64,000 bases of DNA from the NCBI GenBank assembly GCA_022564195.1, contig JADFLW010000007.1:3667-67666 (forward strand). The letters run 5' to 3'. Shown one piece after another: positions 40,879 through 50,825 of the stretch. The DNA is from Patescibacteria group bacterium (GTDB lineage: Bacteria > Patescibacteriota > Microgenomatia > UBA1400 > Chisholmbacteraceae). Made by a program: the position numbers and the translations under genes. Below the pieces are notes generated by a model. It did not search any database. It was not told the DNA's origin and saw only the letters and a list, made by a program, of their open reading frames with translations. The stretch's first letter is position 1. Each line of letters starts with the position of its first letter.

Positions 40879-42041
40879 TCGGAAAGTTTCTCCTGAATTT
40901 CCGTAATGGCCTTCGTTCCGAGGCCCTTGATCTCTTTGAGGTCGTCTTCGGATTTTTCTTTCAGCTTATCAACCGTTGTGATTTCTGCATTTACAAGCGC
41001 ATTTCGCACACGCTTGGAAAGCGATAGGGAGTCGATTTCATATTCCTCTTCTCCCGTTACCGAGATTGCTTTCTTGCCAGATTCTCCCTTGATGTCTATT
41101 TTGTACCCTGTGAGTTTTGCGGCAAGACGGACATTTTGTCCGCCCCTGCCGATTGCGAGTGAGAGTTGATCGTCAGGGATCGTCACCTTTGCCGTCTTTT
41201 TCTTCTCATCGATGTCGACTTTTATTCCTTCTGCGGGAGCGAGCCCGGCGGAGATAAACATTGATGGATTATCCGAATATTGGATGATGTCAATTTTTTC
41301 GCCTGCCAGCTCGTTAATCACGGCTTGAACGCGGACGCCGCGTTGGCCAACACAAGATCCAACCGGATCGACGCCTTCTTGGGTCGATTTAACGGCGATC
41401 TTGGTTCTGTTTCCCGCCTCGCGCGCGACGGCTTTGATTTCCACAGCACCGGAGGAAACTTCGGGAACCTCACGACGAAAAAGTTCTTCCACGAGCCCTT
41501 GATGGGTACGCGAGACGATGATGGTTTTCCCTTTCATGGTGTCGCGGATGTCGGCAATGTACACCACCAAGCGTTGATTTAATTTGTAGCGTTCGCTACG
41601 CACCTGATCCTGGGGCGGCATGGTTCCCTGGCCGCGGCCAATATCCACAATGATGTTTGGCCCATCGAAACGTAATACCATTCCGCTGACCATGGTATTG
41701 ACTTTTTCTGTGTACTCGGTGATGATGGCGTCTTTTTCGGCTTCTCGAACGCGCTGGAGAATGACTTGCTTGGCCGTTTGGGCAGCGATGCGGCCAAACC
41801 CTGGAGGGGTGATGTCTTCTTTTTTGGAATCGACCTTTTTGAAGATGCGAGCGGCGCCGGTGATGACATCGATCTCGACCTCGTATTCGATCTCTTCCTC
41901 AAGGCCAAAATCCTTTCTGTAGGCAGCCAGCATCGCGGCCTTGATCGTTTCCAGGACGACCTCCGGTTCAATGCCGCGCTCGGCGCAGATTTGGTTTAAG
42001 GCGGCTGCGAATTCGGTTCGGGCTGTTGTTGGTGTAGCCAT
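40875..42041 (-). CDS. nusA: transcription termination/antitermination factor NusA
   Basis: 388 aa with an N-terminal domain, S1, and two KH domains (GRGGQNVRLAAKLTG). Confidence 0.93.
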   Translation of the reverse strand: MATPTTARTEFAAALNQICAERGIEPEVVLETIKAAMLAAYRKDFGLEEEIEYEVEIDVITGAARIFKKVDSKKEDITPPGFGRIAAQTAKQVILQRVREAEKDAIITEYTEKVNTMVSGMVLRFDGPNIIVDIGRGQGTMPPQDQVRSERYKLNQRLVVYIADIRDTMKGKTIIVSRTHQGLVEELFRREVPEVSSGAVEIKAVAREAGNRTKIAVKSTQEGVDPVGSCVGQRGVRVQAVINELAGEKIDIIQYSDNPSMFISAGLAPAEGIKVDIDEKKKTAKVTIPDDQLSLAIGRGGQNVRLAAKLTGYKIDIKGESGKKAISVTGEEEYEIDSLSLSKRVRNALVNAEITTVDKLKEKSEDDLKEIKGLGTKAITEIQEKLSE

Positions 42042-42080
42042 TAAATTAGCGTATAGCGTTTAGGGTTTCGTTTAATTAGT

Positions 42081-42103
42081 AAAAAAGGTGGACCACGCCA
42101 CCT
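42081..42103 (-). terminator. rho-independent terminator downstream of dnaJ (stem aGGTGG/CCACCt, then T6 on the minus strand)
   Basis: Plus 42087-42091 ggtgg and 42098-42102 ccacc, with an A6 run at 42081-42086; on the minus strand this reads as a hairpin followed by UUUUUU. Confidence 0.5.
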
Positions 42104-42169
42104 CCACAAATCCTAAAACCAGGGTATAGTTTATCACGATTTCCTCTTAGGGTCAATTGAACAGGAGGT

Positions 42170-43060
42170 TTAGACTATATTTTCTACAGTGGATTGGAAT
42201 TGCTGGAGGAGTTTTTTCTGCTCGGAGGTGAGTTTCTCGGGGACTTTGACCAGCAGGCGAATGTATTGGTCGCCACGGCCCCGGCCGTGGAGGTGAGGGA
42301 TACCTTTCCCGCGTAGGCGGATCATGCTTCCTGGTTGGGTGCCAGGGCGGATCTTCAGTTTCACGTCTCCATCAACTGTCGGCACTTTTATTTCTCCCCC
42401 CAAAGCGGCGAGGGAAAATGGGATTTCGTGGTTGATGAAGATATCGGTTCCGTCACGGCGAAAAATGTTATGCTGCTTGACATCGATAGTCACATGGAAG
42501 TCCTTGAAGCGGATGTGTGTGCCGACATCCGCGCCGGGGGGAATACTGACCTTGTATTCCTTTCCATCGATGCGCACGGTTTTCTCCGTCCCTTTGATTG
42601 CCTCCATGAAGTCGATGGTTAAGCCGTAGCGCGGCTTTGGCGGCTCGCGTCTGAAGGGTGAGGCGCCGCCAAAGAAGGTTTCGAAGATTTCAAATGGATC
42701 GGAAAAGCCGCCGAAATCGAAGCCTTCGAAGGGGCTGCCTCCTGTTGTATGGTAGGTGTAGGTGAAGGGGCCGGCTCTTTGGGTCCTGCCTTGACCAGCG
42801 CCTGCGAACGGCCCTCCGGCGAAGCCGGATCCTGGATCGAATGCCGCGTGGCCGAACTGGTCATAAGTTTGCTTTTTCTTGGGATCGGAGAGCACCTCGT
42901 AGGCTGCGTTGATTTCTTTGAATTTCTCCTCGGCATCCTTTGCTTTGTTTTTATCGGGATGAAACTCCAGTGCCTTTTTGCGGTAAGCTTTCTTGAGTTC
43001 GTCATTGGAGGCGTCTTTGGAAACGCCTAAGATGTCGTAGTAATCGCGCTTAGTTGGCAT
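42170..43060 (-). CDS. dnaJ: J-domain chaperone DnaJ/CbpA-like (no CxxCxGxG zinc-finger region)
   Basis: J domain with HPD (YYDILGV...HPDKN), a G/F-rich region, and C-terminal substrate-binding domains. Cys repeats are absent. Confidence 0.85.
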   Translation of the reverse strand: MPTKRDYYDILGVSKDASNDELKKAYRKKALEFHPDKNKAKDAEEKFKEINAAYEVLSDPKKKQTYDQFGHAAFDPGSGFAGGPFAGAGQGRTQRAGPFTYTYHTTGGSPFEGFDFGGFSDPFEIFETFFGGASPFRREPPKPRYGLTIDFMEAIKGTEKTVRIDGKEYKVSIPPGADVGTHIRFKDFHVTIDVKQHNIFRRDGTDIFINHEIPFSLAALGGEIKVPTVDGDVKLKIRPGTQPGSMIRLRGKGIPHLHGRGRGDQYIRLLVKVPEKLTSEQKKLLQQFQSTVENIV

Positions 43061-43112
43061 ATGTTAGGGTGTAGGGTGAAGAAGCGGGTTAGCTAGTGGA
43101 CATCGCACTTTC

Positions 43113-43541
43113 TTAGTTAGGCAAGTCCGCTGAGTGAACTTTGCTCGCATGACTCGCTCCGACCTTGATCACTCCAAACTTTTTCTCTCCCAGTTTTTGT
43201 CCTTTCTCACTCAACGTAACAGTATACTCTCCTGTCATCGATAGTGGCATGTTCACGATGTCGGTAATGATGTTTGAGCGTCCTTGACTTCCAAGCTTGA
43301 TAGCAATCTCTTTCGCTTGAGGTAACACTTCTTTTCCTTGTGGATCTTTGATGCTTAATGCAATTTTGTGTTGACTCTCCGGTTTGCCGGTGAGGACTGC
43401 GACGACAAAAAAGCGGGCAAAGGTTGAGGGGGTCTTTTTGACGAACATGCGGTCGAAGATGCCAATGATGCTTAACTTTCCCTCTTTTGAGGTTAAGGCA
43501 TGATCGCACAATGTTAGGAGCTCAAGTTTTACATCAGCCAC
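43113..43541 (-). CDS. hypothetical protein inserted between dnaK and dnaJ
   Basis: 142 aa with no recognisable motif. It is co-directional with and tightly packed inside the hrcA-grpE-dnaK-dnaJ operon. Confidence 0.5.
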   Translation of the reverse strand: MADVKLELLTLCDHALTSKEGKLSIIGIFDRMFVKKTPSTFARFFVVAVLTGKPESQHKIALSIKDPQGKEVLPQAKEIAIKLGSQGRSNIITDIVNMPLSMTGEYTVTLSEKGQKLGEKKFGVIKVGASHASKVHSADLPN

Positions 43542-43565
43542 GAGTTTCTCACTACTTTCCTTTTC

Positions 43566-45482
43566 TTATTCCTCAACGACCTCGCCCTCTTCCGCCTTGT
43601 CTTTATCCTTTCCTTCTTTGGATTCTCCTTCCGGTTTCTTCTCTTCTCCTTTTTTCTTCCCTTCTTCTTCCTCTTTCTTTACCTGCTCGTACATGGCGGC
43701 GCCGACTTTTTGCAGGGCATCTGACAATTCCTTGGTTGTGTTGTCGATGTCTTCTTTGGTCGCGTCTTCTTTGGCAAGGAGATCTTTGAGTTTTTTAATT
43801 TTTTCCTCAATCTCTTTTTTGTCCTCTTCTTTTACTTTGTCCCCTGCGTCTTTCAGCGTCTTTTCTGCTGTGAAGACTAGGGTGTCTGCTTGATTGCGCG
43901 CCTCGGCGAGCTCTTTCTTCTTCTGGTCTTCCTCGGCGTGTTTTTCGGCGTCCGTCTTCATTTTGTCAACCTCTTCATCCGTTAACTGAGTTGAATTTTG
44001 GATGGTTATCTTCTGTTCCTTCCCGGTAGCTTTGTCTTTGGCGGTGACGTTGAGGATGCCATTGGCGTCGATGTCGAAGGTCACCTCAATTTGGGGAATG
44101 CCGCGTGGTGCGGGTGGTATACCGTCTAACATGAAACGACCTAAAGACTTGTTGTCTGCGGCCATGGGCCGTTCACCCTGGGTCACGTGGACTTCCACTT
44201 GGGTTTGGTTTGCGCCGGCGGTTGAGAAAATTTGGGATTTCTTGGTCGGAATCGTTGTATTGCGTTCAATAAGGGGTGTGGCAACAGCTCCCAGCGTTTC
44301 GATACTCAACGTTAATGGTGTGACATCCAAAAGCAAAACATCTTTGACGTCGCCGGAGAGCACGCCGCCTTGGATCGCGGCGCCGACGGCAACCACTTCA
44401 TCGGGATTGACACCCTTGTGGGGTTCCTTTCCGAACATTTCCTTGACAAGCTCCTGAATCTTGGGCATGCGGGTTTGCCCGCCAACGAGAATCACCTCAT
44501 TGATGTCTTTGGTTTCCATTTTGGCGTCTTTGAGACAGGCTTTCACTGGACCCACGGTTTTTTGGATGAGGTCGTCCACCAATTGCTCCAGCTTGGCTCG
44601 AGTGAGTTTCATGGTGAGGTGTAGGGGATTGCCGTCTTTGGACTGGGTGATGAACGGCTGGTTGATCTCCGTTTCTTGACTTGAGGAGAGCTCAATTTTG
44701 GCTTTCTCAGCAGCATCCCGCAGACGTTGGAGGGCTTGTTTGTCGGCTCTCAGATCGATGCCATGTTCTTTTTTGAACTCGTCGGCCATCCAGTCAACGA
44801 GACGCTTGTCAAAGTCGTCTCCTCCCAAGAAGGTGTCACCGTTGGTGGCCTTCACTTCAAAGACCCCGTCACCAATTTCAAGGATTGAGATGTCGAATGT
44901 CCCTCCACCCAAATCGTAGACGGCAATGGTCTCTCCGGTTTTTTTCTCCAGGCCATAGGCGAGGGCTGCGGCTGTGGGCTCGTTGATGATGCGCTCGACC
45001 TTGAGGCCTGCGATTTCCCCAGCCTGTTTGGTGGCTTGGCGCTGGGAGTCGTCAAAATATGCGGGGACGGTGATGACTGCCTCCTCAACCTTTTCTCCAA
45101 GATAGGCTTCCGCATCGGCCCTGGCTTTCTGAAGGATCTTGGCGGAAATTTCTTGTGGTGTAAAGGTTTTTCCTTCAACTTCAACCACAGCCATGTTCTC
45201 TTTGCCGGCTTTGACTTTGTATGTCACCATCTCTATCGTCTTTTTGACCATCTCCGAACCGAAGCGGCGACCCATCAAGCGTTTGATTGAGTAGATGGTA
45301 TTCCCGGGGTTTAGGATTATCTGCCGCTTTGCGACATCTCCGACAAGACCTTTTATTGGTTCAACTACTGAAGGAATGAGGTTTCTTCCTTCTGCTGTCG
45401 GTATGACCTTGGGCTTTCCTGCCTCCATGACAGCGACAACTGAGTTTGTGGTTCCGAGGTCAATGCCGATGATTTTTGCCAT
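43566..45482 (-). CDS. dnaK: molecular chaperone DnaK (Hsp70)
   Basis: [18 protein letters not shown] and an EEVD-like acidic tail. The likely ATG is at 45482; the track ORF starts at a TTG at 45527. Confidence 0.97.
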   Translation of the reverse strand: MAKIIGIDLGTTNSVVAVMEAGKPKVIPTAEGRNLIPSVVEPIKGLVGDVAKRQIILNPGNTIYSIKRLMGRRFGSEMVKKTIEMVTYKVKAGKENMAVVEVEGKTFTPQEISAKILQKARADAEAYLGEKVEEAVITVPAYFDDSQRQATKQAGEIAGLKVERIINEPTAAALAYGLEKKTGETIAVYDLGGGTFDISILEIGDGVFEVKATNGDTFLGGDDFDKRLVDWMADEFKKEHGIDLRADKQALQRLRDAAEKAKIELSSSQETEINQPFITQSKDGNPLHLTMKLTRAKLEQLVDDLIQKTVGPVKACLKDAKMETKDINEVILVGGQTRMPKIQELVKEMFGKEPHKGVNPDEVVAVGAAIQGGVLSGDVKDVLLLDVTPLTLSIETLGAVATPLIERNTTIPTKKSQIFSTAGANQTQVEVHVTQGERPMAADNKSLGRFMLDGIPPAPRGIPQIEVTFDIDANGILNVTAKDKATGKEQKITIQNSTQLTDEEVDKMKTDAEKHAEEDQKKKELAEARNQADTLVFTAEKTLKDAGDKVKEEDKKEIEEKIKKLKDLLAKEDATKEDIDNTTKELSDALQKVGAAMYEQVKKEEEEGKKKGEEKKPEGESKEGKDKDKAEEGEVVEE

Positions 45483-45530
45483 GTTGCTACTCCTCTTTAT
45501 TTTGTGTGATTGATTGGCTCGCGTCAATTG

Positions 45531-45983
45531 CTATTTTCCTTTTCCAACCTGGACCTTTGCTGGTCGGATGACATGATCGTTTACTGTATACCCTTTCAGT
45601 AGTGTCTTTACTACCTTGTTCTTCGGGCCCTCTACCATCTCTATACAGTCCATTGCCTCCGGATCGAACTCTTTCCCTTCCACCTCTATCTCTCGGACTC
45701 CTTCTGTCTCAAGCACCGCCTTGAATTGATCAAGGACGAGTTTCAACCCGCGATCTTTGATATGAACTGTGGCTCTTTCTAAATCGTCCAATACCCCCAG
45801 CAGTTTGTCAATGAGGCTCAAGTTGGCAAGACGAACGAAGCTTTTCTGCTGCTCACGGACTCGTTTCTCAAGGTTGCGGTAATCCGCAAGGGCTCTCTTC
45901 CAATTTCCTTCAAGCTCACCGACTTTTCCTTGCAGCTTTTCGATTGACAGCTCTTCCTGCTTTTTTGCTCTTCTTTTCATCAT
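45531..45983 (-). CDS. grpE: nucleotide exchange factor GrpE
   Basis: 150 aa with a coiled-coil N-terminus and a C-terminal beta domain (GYTVNDHVIRPAKVQVGKG). Confidence 0.9.
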   Translation of the reverse strand: MMKRRAKKQEELSIEKLQGKVGELEGNWKRALADYRNLEKRVREQQKSFVRLANLSLIDKLLGVLDDLERATVHIKDRGLKLVLDQFKAVLETEGVREIEVEGKEFDPEAMDCIEMVEGPKNKVVKTLLKGYTVNDHVIRPAKVQVGKGK

Positions 45984-46049
45984 AACACTTGGGCTATTTT
46001 CTCTGTTTTATCTTACTTTGAAGAAACCACGCCGCAGGCGTGATCCTTG

Positions 46050-46778
46050 TTACTGCCAGTCTTGGGCAATTTCTTCGATTAAGCTTCCGAAGTAGCGGAC
46101 CATCGGCACAACGTACGGATAATCTAATCTTGCCGGTCCGATGACTCCAAGCGCTCCTCTGCGGGAACCAGCTTTAAAGCTGATGAATACCATCCCGACC
46201 GGCTCGAGGTACTTGTTCCCGAGTTCCTCTCCGATGAGTATCTGTACCGTTTCCTTATCGGTTGCTTTTCCGAGTAGCTCAAGAAGTTCCTGTGTCTCAT
46301 CGAGCATGGACAATACCGTTCGCGTGACATCGATATCGAAGAATTCTGGGATATCAAGGATGTTCGCATAGCCTGCGTGGTAGACGTGTCGGTCGTCTGT
46401 GGCTGCTACCGAAAGGGCTTTGGTGCGCTCGGAAAGACATCTGGTCGCTTCACGGAGGAGTTGCCCGGCTTCAAAGCGATAATCCCACACCTGTTCTTTC
46501 ACCGCCACTTCTTCAGTCACGGAAAGTTCTTTCTCTTTCATGAGCTCACTGATATAGAACTTTATCGCTTGTGGTGTGGGCACTCGGCCGGCTGAGGTGT
46601 GGGGTTGTTTTAAGTATCCGGTCTCGGTCAGTCTCACCATCTCATTGCGGATGGTGGCTGGAGAAATTCCAAGGTTGTGCTTCTTATCCAGTGTTTCTGA
46701 ACCTACTGGTTCTGCGGTTTCGGTGAATTCCTCGATGATGTGCTTAATAATCTGGATTTGGCGGTCTGTGAGATCCAT
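46050..46778 (-). CDS. hrcA: heat-inducible transcription repressor HrcA
   Basis: LTDRQIQIIKHIIEEF, VGSETL and ISPATIRNEM form the winged-helix N-terminus of HrcA. The likely ATG is at 46778; the TTG-initiated 25-codon extension in the track overlaps the operator and promoter. Confidence 0.88.
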   Translation of the reverse strand: MDLTDRQIQIIKHIIEEFTETAEPVGSETLDKKHNLGISPATIRNEMVRLTETGYLKQPHTSAGRVPTPQAIKFYISELMKEKELSVTEEVAVKEQVWDYRFEAGQLLREATRCLSERTKALSVAATDDRHVYHAGYANILDIPEFFDIDVTRTVLSMLDETQELLELLGKATDKETVQILIGEELGNKYLEPVGMVFISFKAGSRRGALGVIGPARLDYPYVVPMVRYFGSLIEEIAQDWQ

Positions 46779-46816
46779 ACGTTCTCCCTTTCTAGGCAGG
46801 GCATGTTTGTGCTTAC

Positions 46817-46853
46817 TTGGCAGCACGATATCATGACTGCTAATTTTTGTCAA
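46817..46853 (-). promoter_or_regulatory. CIRCE-like inverted repeat (TTAGCAGTC-N9-TGCTGCCAA on the minus strand) with an adjacent TTGACA -35 box upstream of hrcA
   Basis: Plus 46817-46843 is ttggcagca-cgatatcat-gactgctaa; the right arm matches 8/9 of the CIRCE half-site GAGTGCTAA and the spacer is 9 nt. The reverse complement of 46848-46853 is TTGACA. Confidence 0.5.
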
Positions 46854-46866
46854 CTTACCAAGGGGG

Positions 46867-48681
46867 TTATACCTTCATCAGCTTCGAAAATGTTTCCGGT
46901 GGAATGGTGACGCGGCCGAGGCGGGCGAGCTTTTTCTTGCCTTTTTTTTGTTTGGCAAGAAGCTTCATTCTTCTGGTGCGATCGCCGCCGTAGAGCTTGG
47001 CAGTGACATCTTTGCGGGCTGCTGGTTTGGTTTCGCGGGCGATGATCTTTCCGCCGATTGCCGCTTGGATGGGAACGGCAAAGAGCTGCCTCGGAAGCAA
47101 TTCCTTTACTCTTGTTACCATCTCTCTTCCTACCGCTTGGGCATTTTGGCGCACCACGATCCGAGCTAGCGGCTCGACTTCTTCATGATTGACTAAGACT
47201 ACCAGTTTCACTGCATCAACTGGTTTGGGTTCGATGTATCTGTAATCTAAAGAGGCAAATCCTTGGCTTACGGATTTTAGCTCATCGACAAATCCACTGA
47301 TGAGCTCGGACAGCGGGAGGTGATAGACAATTTGTGCCTGTTCACCAATATATTTGGTGTCTCTGTACGTTCCTCTTGACTCTTGCAGCAACTGCATGAG
47401 CGCACCTATATGCTCGCGGGGTGTGAGGATTGTTACCTCGGTCATGGGTTCGCGGATCCTCAAGAGTTGCGAAGGATTCGGGAGCTCGGATGGAGTTTGA
47501 ATGTTTCTGGTTTTCCCATCTTTGGTTTCTATCGTGTATTCCACTGTCGGTTTGGTGACGATAGCGTTGATACCGTGCTCCCTACTCAGACGCTCTCTAG
47601 TAATTTCGCTGTGAAAGAGACCCAAGAAACCCAGTCGTAGTCCACTCCCCAGCGCTGGAGCAGAGATTGATTTTGAAGATAGAGAAGCGTCGGTGAGCAT
47701 CAGTTTTTCAACAGCTTCCTTCAATTTATTAAAGTCAGAATCCTGATCTGGATAGAAATCGGCGTATACCACGGGCTTTGGCATTCTAAATCCTGGCAAT
47801 GGAACCGGAGGGGTTTTTGCCTTTTGTGCATTGAGTATTGTTAGCGTGTCACCAACTTGAAACGCACGAATATTTTTTAATCCTGTTGCTACAAATCCAA
47901 CTTCCCCCGCCTTTAACTGCTTCAGTGGAGTACGCTTCGGTGAAAAGACGCCGATTTCTTTTGTTTGGAAGTTCTTTTTTCCCATCATGAGGTGGAGCTT
48001 TTGTCCGCCTTCCAAGCGGCCATCGATAACCCTGACGAAGGCAATGACTCCTAGATGTACGTCGTATATTGAGTTGAATATCAAGGCTCGCAGTGGTCTG
48101 TCCTCTGCGCCTTTTGGATGTGGAAGGTCTTGTATTATTCGCTTGAGAAGCCTATCGACTCCTTCCCCTGTTTTCGCCGAGGTGAGTGAGATTTCTTCCT
48201 TTTTGAACCCAAACACCTCATGCAGCTCGCGTCGCGTCTCATCGACTCTTGCCGATCTCAGATCTACTTTATTTATTACCGGTAACAACGTTAATCCTAG
48301 ATCCGCTGCTTTCGTCGCATGCGCCATCGTTTGGGCTTGTATCCCTTGAGCGGCATCGACGAGCAGCACCGCGCCTTCGCAGGCTGCCAATGAACGAGAT
48401 ACTTCATAGGAGAAATCGATATGGCCGGGAGTATCGATCAGATTCAGCGTATAGCGTATATCGTATAGCGTATAGCGCATGGTTACGGGGGCAAGTTTGA
48501 TGGTGATGCCACGTTCTTTTTCGATCGGATTGCTATCGAGGATGCGCTCACCTTTTTCTCTTTGAGAAATGGTTCCTGTGTGTTTTAGAAGCTGATCGGT
48601 TAACGTCGTCTTGCCGTGATCAATGTGGGCGATGATTGAAAAGTTGCGAATACCCTTCGTCGTTAAGCCTTCCCGTTTCAT
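46867..48681 (-). CDS. lepA: elongation factor 4 (LepA)
   Basis: NFSIIAHIDHGKTTL and DTPGH in the G domain, with a LepA-specific C-terminal domain; 604 aa. Confidence 0.95.
   Translation of the reverse strand: MKREGLTTKGIRNFSIIAHIDHGKTTLTDQLLKHTGTISQREKGERILDSNPIEKERGITIKLAPVTMRYTLYDIRYTLNLIDTPGHIDFSYEVSRSLAACEGAVLLVDAAQGIQAQTMAHATKAADLGLTLLPVINKVDLRSARVDETRRELHEVFGFKKEEISLTSAKTGEGVDRLLKRIIQDLPHPKGAEDRPLRALIFNSIYDVHLGVIAFVRVIDGRLEGGQKLHLMMGKKNFQTKEIGVFSPKRTPLKQLKAGEVGFVATGLKNIRAFQVGDTLTILNAQKAKTPPVPLPGFRMPKPVVYADFYPDQDSDFNKLKEAVEKLMLTDASLSSKSISAPALGSGLRLGFLGLFHSEITRERLSREHGINAIVTKPTVEYTIETKDGKTRNIQTPSELPNPSQLLRIREPMTEVTILTPREHIGALMQLLQESRGTYRDTKYIGEQAQIVYHLPLSELISGFVDELKSVSQGFASLDYRYIEPKPVDAVKLVVLVNHEEVEPLARIVVRQNAQAVGREMVTRVKELLPRQLFAVPIQAAIGGKIIARETKPAARKDVTAKLYGGDRTRRMKLLAKQKKGKKKLARLGRVTIPPETFSKLMKV
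48446..48480. repeat. five tandem 7-bp units (agcgtat agcgtat atcgtat agcgtat agcgcat) inside the lepA coding sequence
   Basis: The units are read directly from the sequence. They encode MRYTLYDIRYTL in the G-domain loop preceding the DTPGH motif. Confidence 0.7.
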
Positions 48682-48687
48682 GGAGTT

Positions 48688-50355
48688 TTACCCAGCGGGT
48701 TTTTCTATGTTCGTTGATTCCAATAGTTCTTCTGACTCTTCAAGAACTTTTCTCCAGTTCCCGACGCGCCTGCCCAACGTCATCAACTCTGCCAGCTGGG
48801 TGATGCGCAAGAGGTTTGAGAGGTTAATATATACCACCATTCCGATGGCAAGGACGCTCACCGTCAGCAACAAGAGGTTTAGGGTTCTCGTGGTATCAAG
48901 GATGAAGCGGTCAATAATGCGCATCGGTATCCAGAGAAAAACTCCAGTCGCTGCGGTTGCGAACACCATTTTCATTATTGGAAGGATGAACTTGGAAGTG
49001 ATGATTTCAACTTTTCGATTTAAAAGCACAATGAGCAAGAAAGCGTGTACCAGTGTTGATGCTGCAAGGGCTAATCCTAGGCCGATGACGCCAAATCCCA
49101 TCGTCTGGGAAAAGAGGATGCTTAATGCAACGGTCAGTGCGGCTGCGATTGTCGCGGTGATCAATGGCGTTTTCGTATCGTGGAGCGCATAAAATGCTCG
49201 GGTTAAGACACCGGTAACGGCTTGGGTTGGAATCGCGAGTGCAAGGAATGCTACGGTTTTGCTCGTCAAGAGTGTTGCTTCCCATGGGAAGTTGCGGGCT
49301 CCAAAGGCGATACGAACGACCGGGAGTCGCAAAACGAGGATGATTGCGGCGGCGGGAAGAGAAAGATACAAGACTTGGTGAAGCGAGGATTGCAGCGTCT
49401 TTTGAAACTCTTCCTTTTTATCCGAGGATATTTCTGAACTCAGGGTCGGAAAGGCTGCTTGGCCGATTGTCGTCCCGAAGAGCGTCACCGGTAGTATGTA
49501 TAACTGTCTTGCAAAATTGAAAATCGTTAATGACCCCGCCGCCAGCGCTGTGGCAATAAAGACTGCAATGAAGCGCTCTACTTGTCCAACCGCCAACGTG
49601 AGTGACCTTAATGGCATGAGCTTTCTTATCTCTCTCACTCCGGGATGACTCCAGTTGAAGCGAAGGCTATAGCGAAACCCCAATCTTCTTGCAAGTGGGA
49701 TTTGGATGAGAAAGTGCAACATTGCCCCAATGACCCCTCCGATTGCAGGACCGAAAATCTCAAAATGTGGGGTGAGGAATATGATGCCGCCGATTATCCC
49801 TAGGTTGTACACAACCGGCGCGAGTGCTGGAACGAGAAACCGTTGGTGCGACTGGATGATTGCCGTGAGGAATCCTGAGATGGCAAAAAATACTTGAGCA
49901 AAAAGCGTGATTCGCATGAGCTTTGTCAACAGCATTATGTTTTCTGGGTCTAGTGATGGTGCGATGATGCTCGATAAAATTCCGCTTGCGAGAAAGACGA
50001 TTACAACGAGAACCAAAAATACGGCTGTGATTCCATTCATTGTGGCGGAGGCGAGCATTGAAGCCTCTTTTTCTCCTTTTTTCAGGTAGTGTGAAAAAAC
50101 TGGGATAAAGGCTGCTGAGAGAGCCCCAATGATTAAAAGTTGAAAGAGGGTATCCGGGATGACGAAGGCGGCAAAATATGCGTCCAATTGTGATTCGCGA
50201 CCGCCAAAAAATGTTGCTGCCAGTAAGCGATTGCGGATTAAACCTAGCAATCCTGAAGTTGCGTATGCGGCCATAATGATAAACGCCGCCGAAAGGATGT
50301 TTGTCTGGCGACGCATCATGAGAAGCCGGCTGTTTCTCAATAAGTTCTTTACCAT
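48688..50355 (-). CDS. murJ: lipid II flippase MurJ (MviN)
   Basis: 555 aa with ~14 TM helices and a MurJ N-terminal pattern (ILSAAFIIMAAY, RLLAATFFGG). Confidence 0.85.
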   Translation of the reverse strand: MVKNLLRNSRLLMMRRQTNILSAAFIIMAAYATSGLLGLIRNRLLAATFFGGRESQLDAYFAAFVIPDTLFQLLIIGALSAAFIPVFSHYLKKGEKEASMLASATMNGITAVFLVLVVIVFLASGILSSIIAPSLDPENIMLLTKLMRITLFAQVFFAISGFLTAIIQSHQRFLVPALAPVVYNLGIIGGIIFLTPHFEIFGPAIGGVIGAMLHFLIQIPLARRLGFRYSLRFNWSHPGVREIRKLMPLRSLTLAVGQVERFIAVFIATALAAGSLTIFNFARQLYILPVTLFGTTIGQAAFPTLSSEISSDKKEEFQKTLQSSLHQVLYLSLPAAAIILVLRLPVVRIAFGARNFPWEATLLTSKTVAFLALAIPTQAVTGVLTRAFYALHDTKTPLITATIAAALTVALSILFSQTMGFGVIGLGLALAASTLVHAFLLIVLLNRKVEIITSKFILPIMKMVFATAATGVFLWIPMRIIDRFILDTTRTLNLLLLTVSVLAIGMVVYINLSNLLRITQLAELMTLGRRVGNWRKVLEESEELLESTNIEKPAG

Positions 50356-50381
50356 CTTTCGGGAAGTATAGCGGTTTGCTC

Positions 50382-50410
50382 TTGAGAATTAAAGGTGGAA
50401 ATGGTAGAAT
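50382..50410 (+). promoter_or_regulatory. sigma70-like promoter for rpsT: TTGAGA, 17 nt spacer, then TGg-TAGAAT (extended -10)
   Basis: Read from the sequence at 50382-50387 and 50402-50410, about 64 nt upstream of the rpsT ATG. Confidence 0.45.
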
Positions 50411-50473
50411 AGTACAACTTTAGTTGGAAATCTGAACCACAAAAATATTGTTCAGGATTTCAAGTTTGTTTTT

Positions 50474-50716
50474 ATGCCTATTACGAAATCGGCAAGAAAA
50501 GCCTTGCGTCGCGACCGTCGACGAACCCAGGTGAATAAACCAATCCGTACGCGGATGATGAGGCTTCTACGTACTGCTTTCGATGAGCCTTCTGGTCAAA
50601 ATATTGCGGCAGCGTTCTCTGGAATTGACCGTGCCACAAAAAAGCGTATTTTCCATCAGAATCGGGCGGCGCGTCTGAAATCTCGTCTCATGAAGGCAAC
50701 ACGGCGGACAAAATAA
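50474..50716 (+). CDS. rpsT: 30S ribosomal protein S20
   Basis: 80 aa starting MPITKSARKALRRDRRRTQVNKPIRTRMMRL, matching the S20 N-terminus pattern. Confidence 0.85.
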   Translation: MPITKSARKALRRDRRRTQVNKPIRTRMMRLLRTAFDEPSGQNIAAAFSGIDRATKKRIFHQNRAARLKSRLMKATRRTK

Positions 50717-50825
50717 TCTCTCCGTTTTCGCTTCCGAACACTTCGGCGGCCTGGTCGGCGGATTTCCGCTCAGAGAGCTTCAATCTTTTGACAACCTTAT
50801 CCCTGGAACCTATACTTAGATTGTC

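Noticed and set aside
48446-48480. lepA heptamer repeat interpreted as an in-frame insertion or duplication
   Set aside because: The encoded loop has the same length as in E. coli LepA, so the repeat replaces rather than adds sequence.
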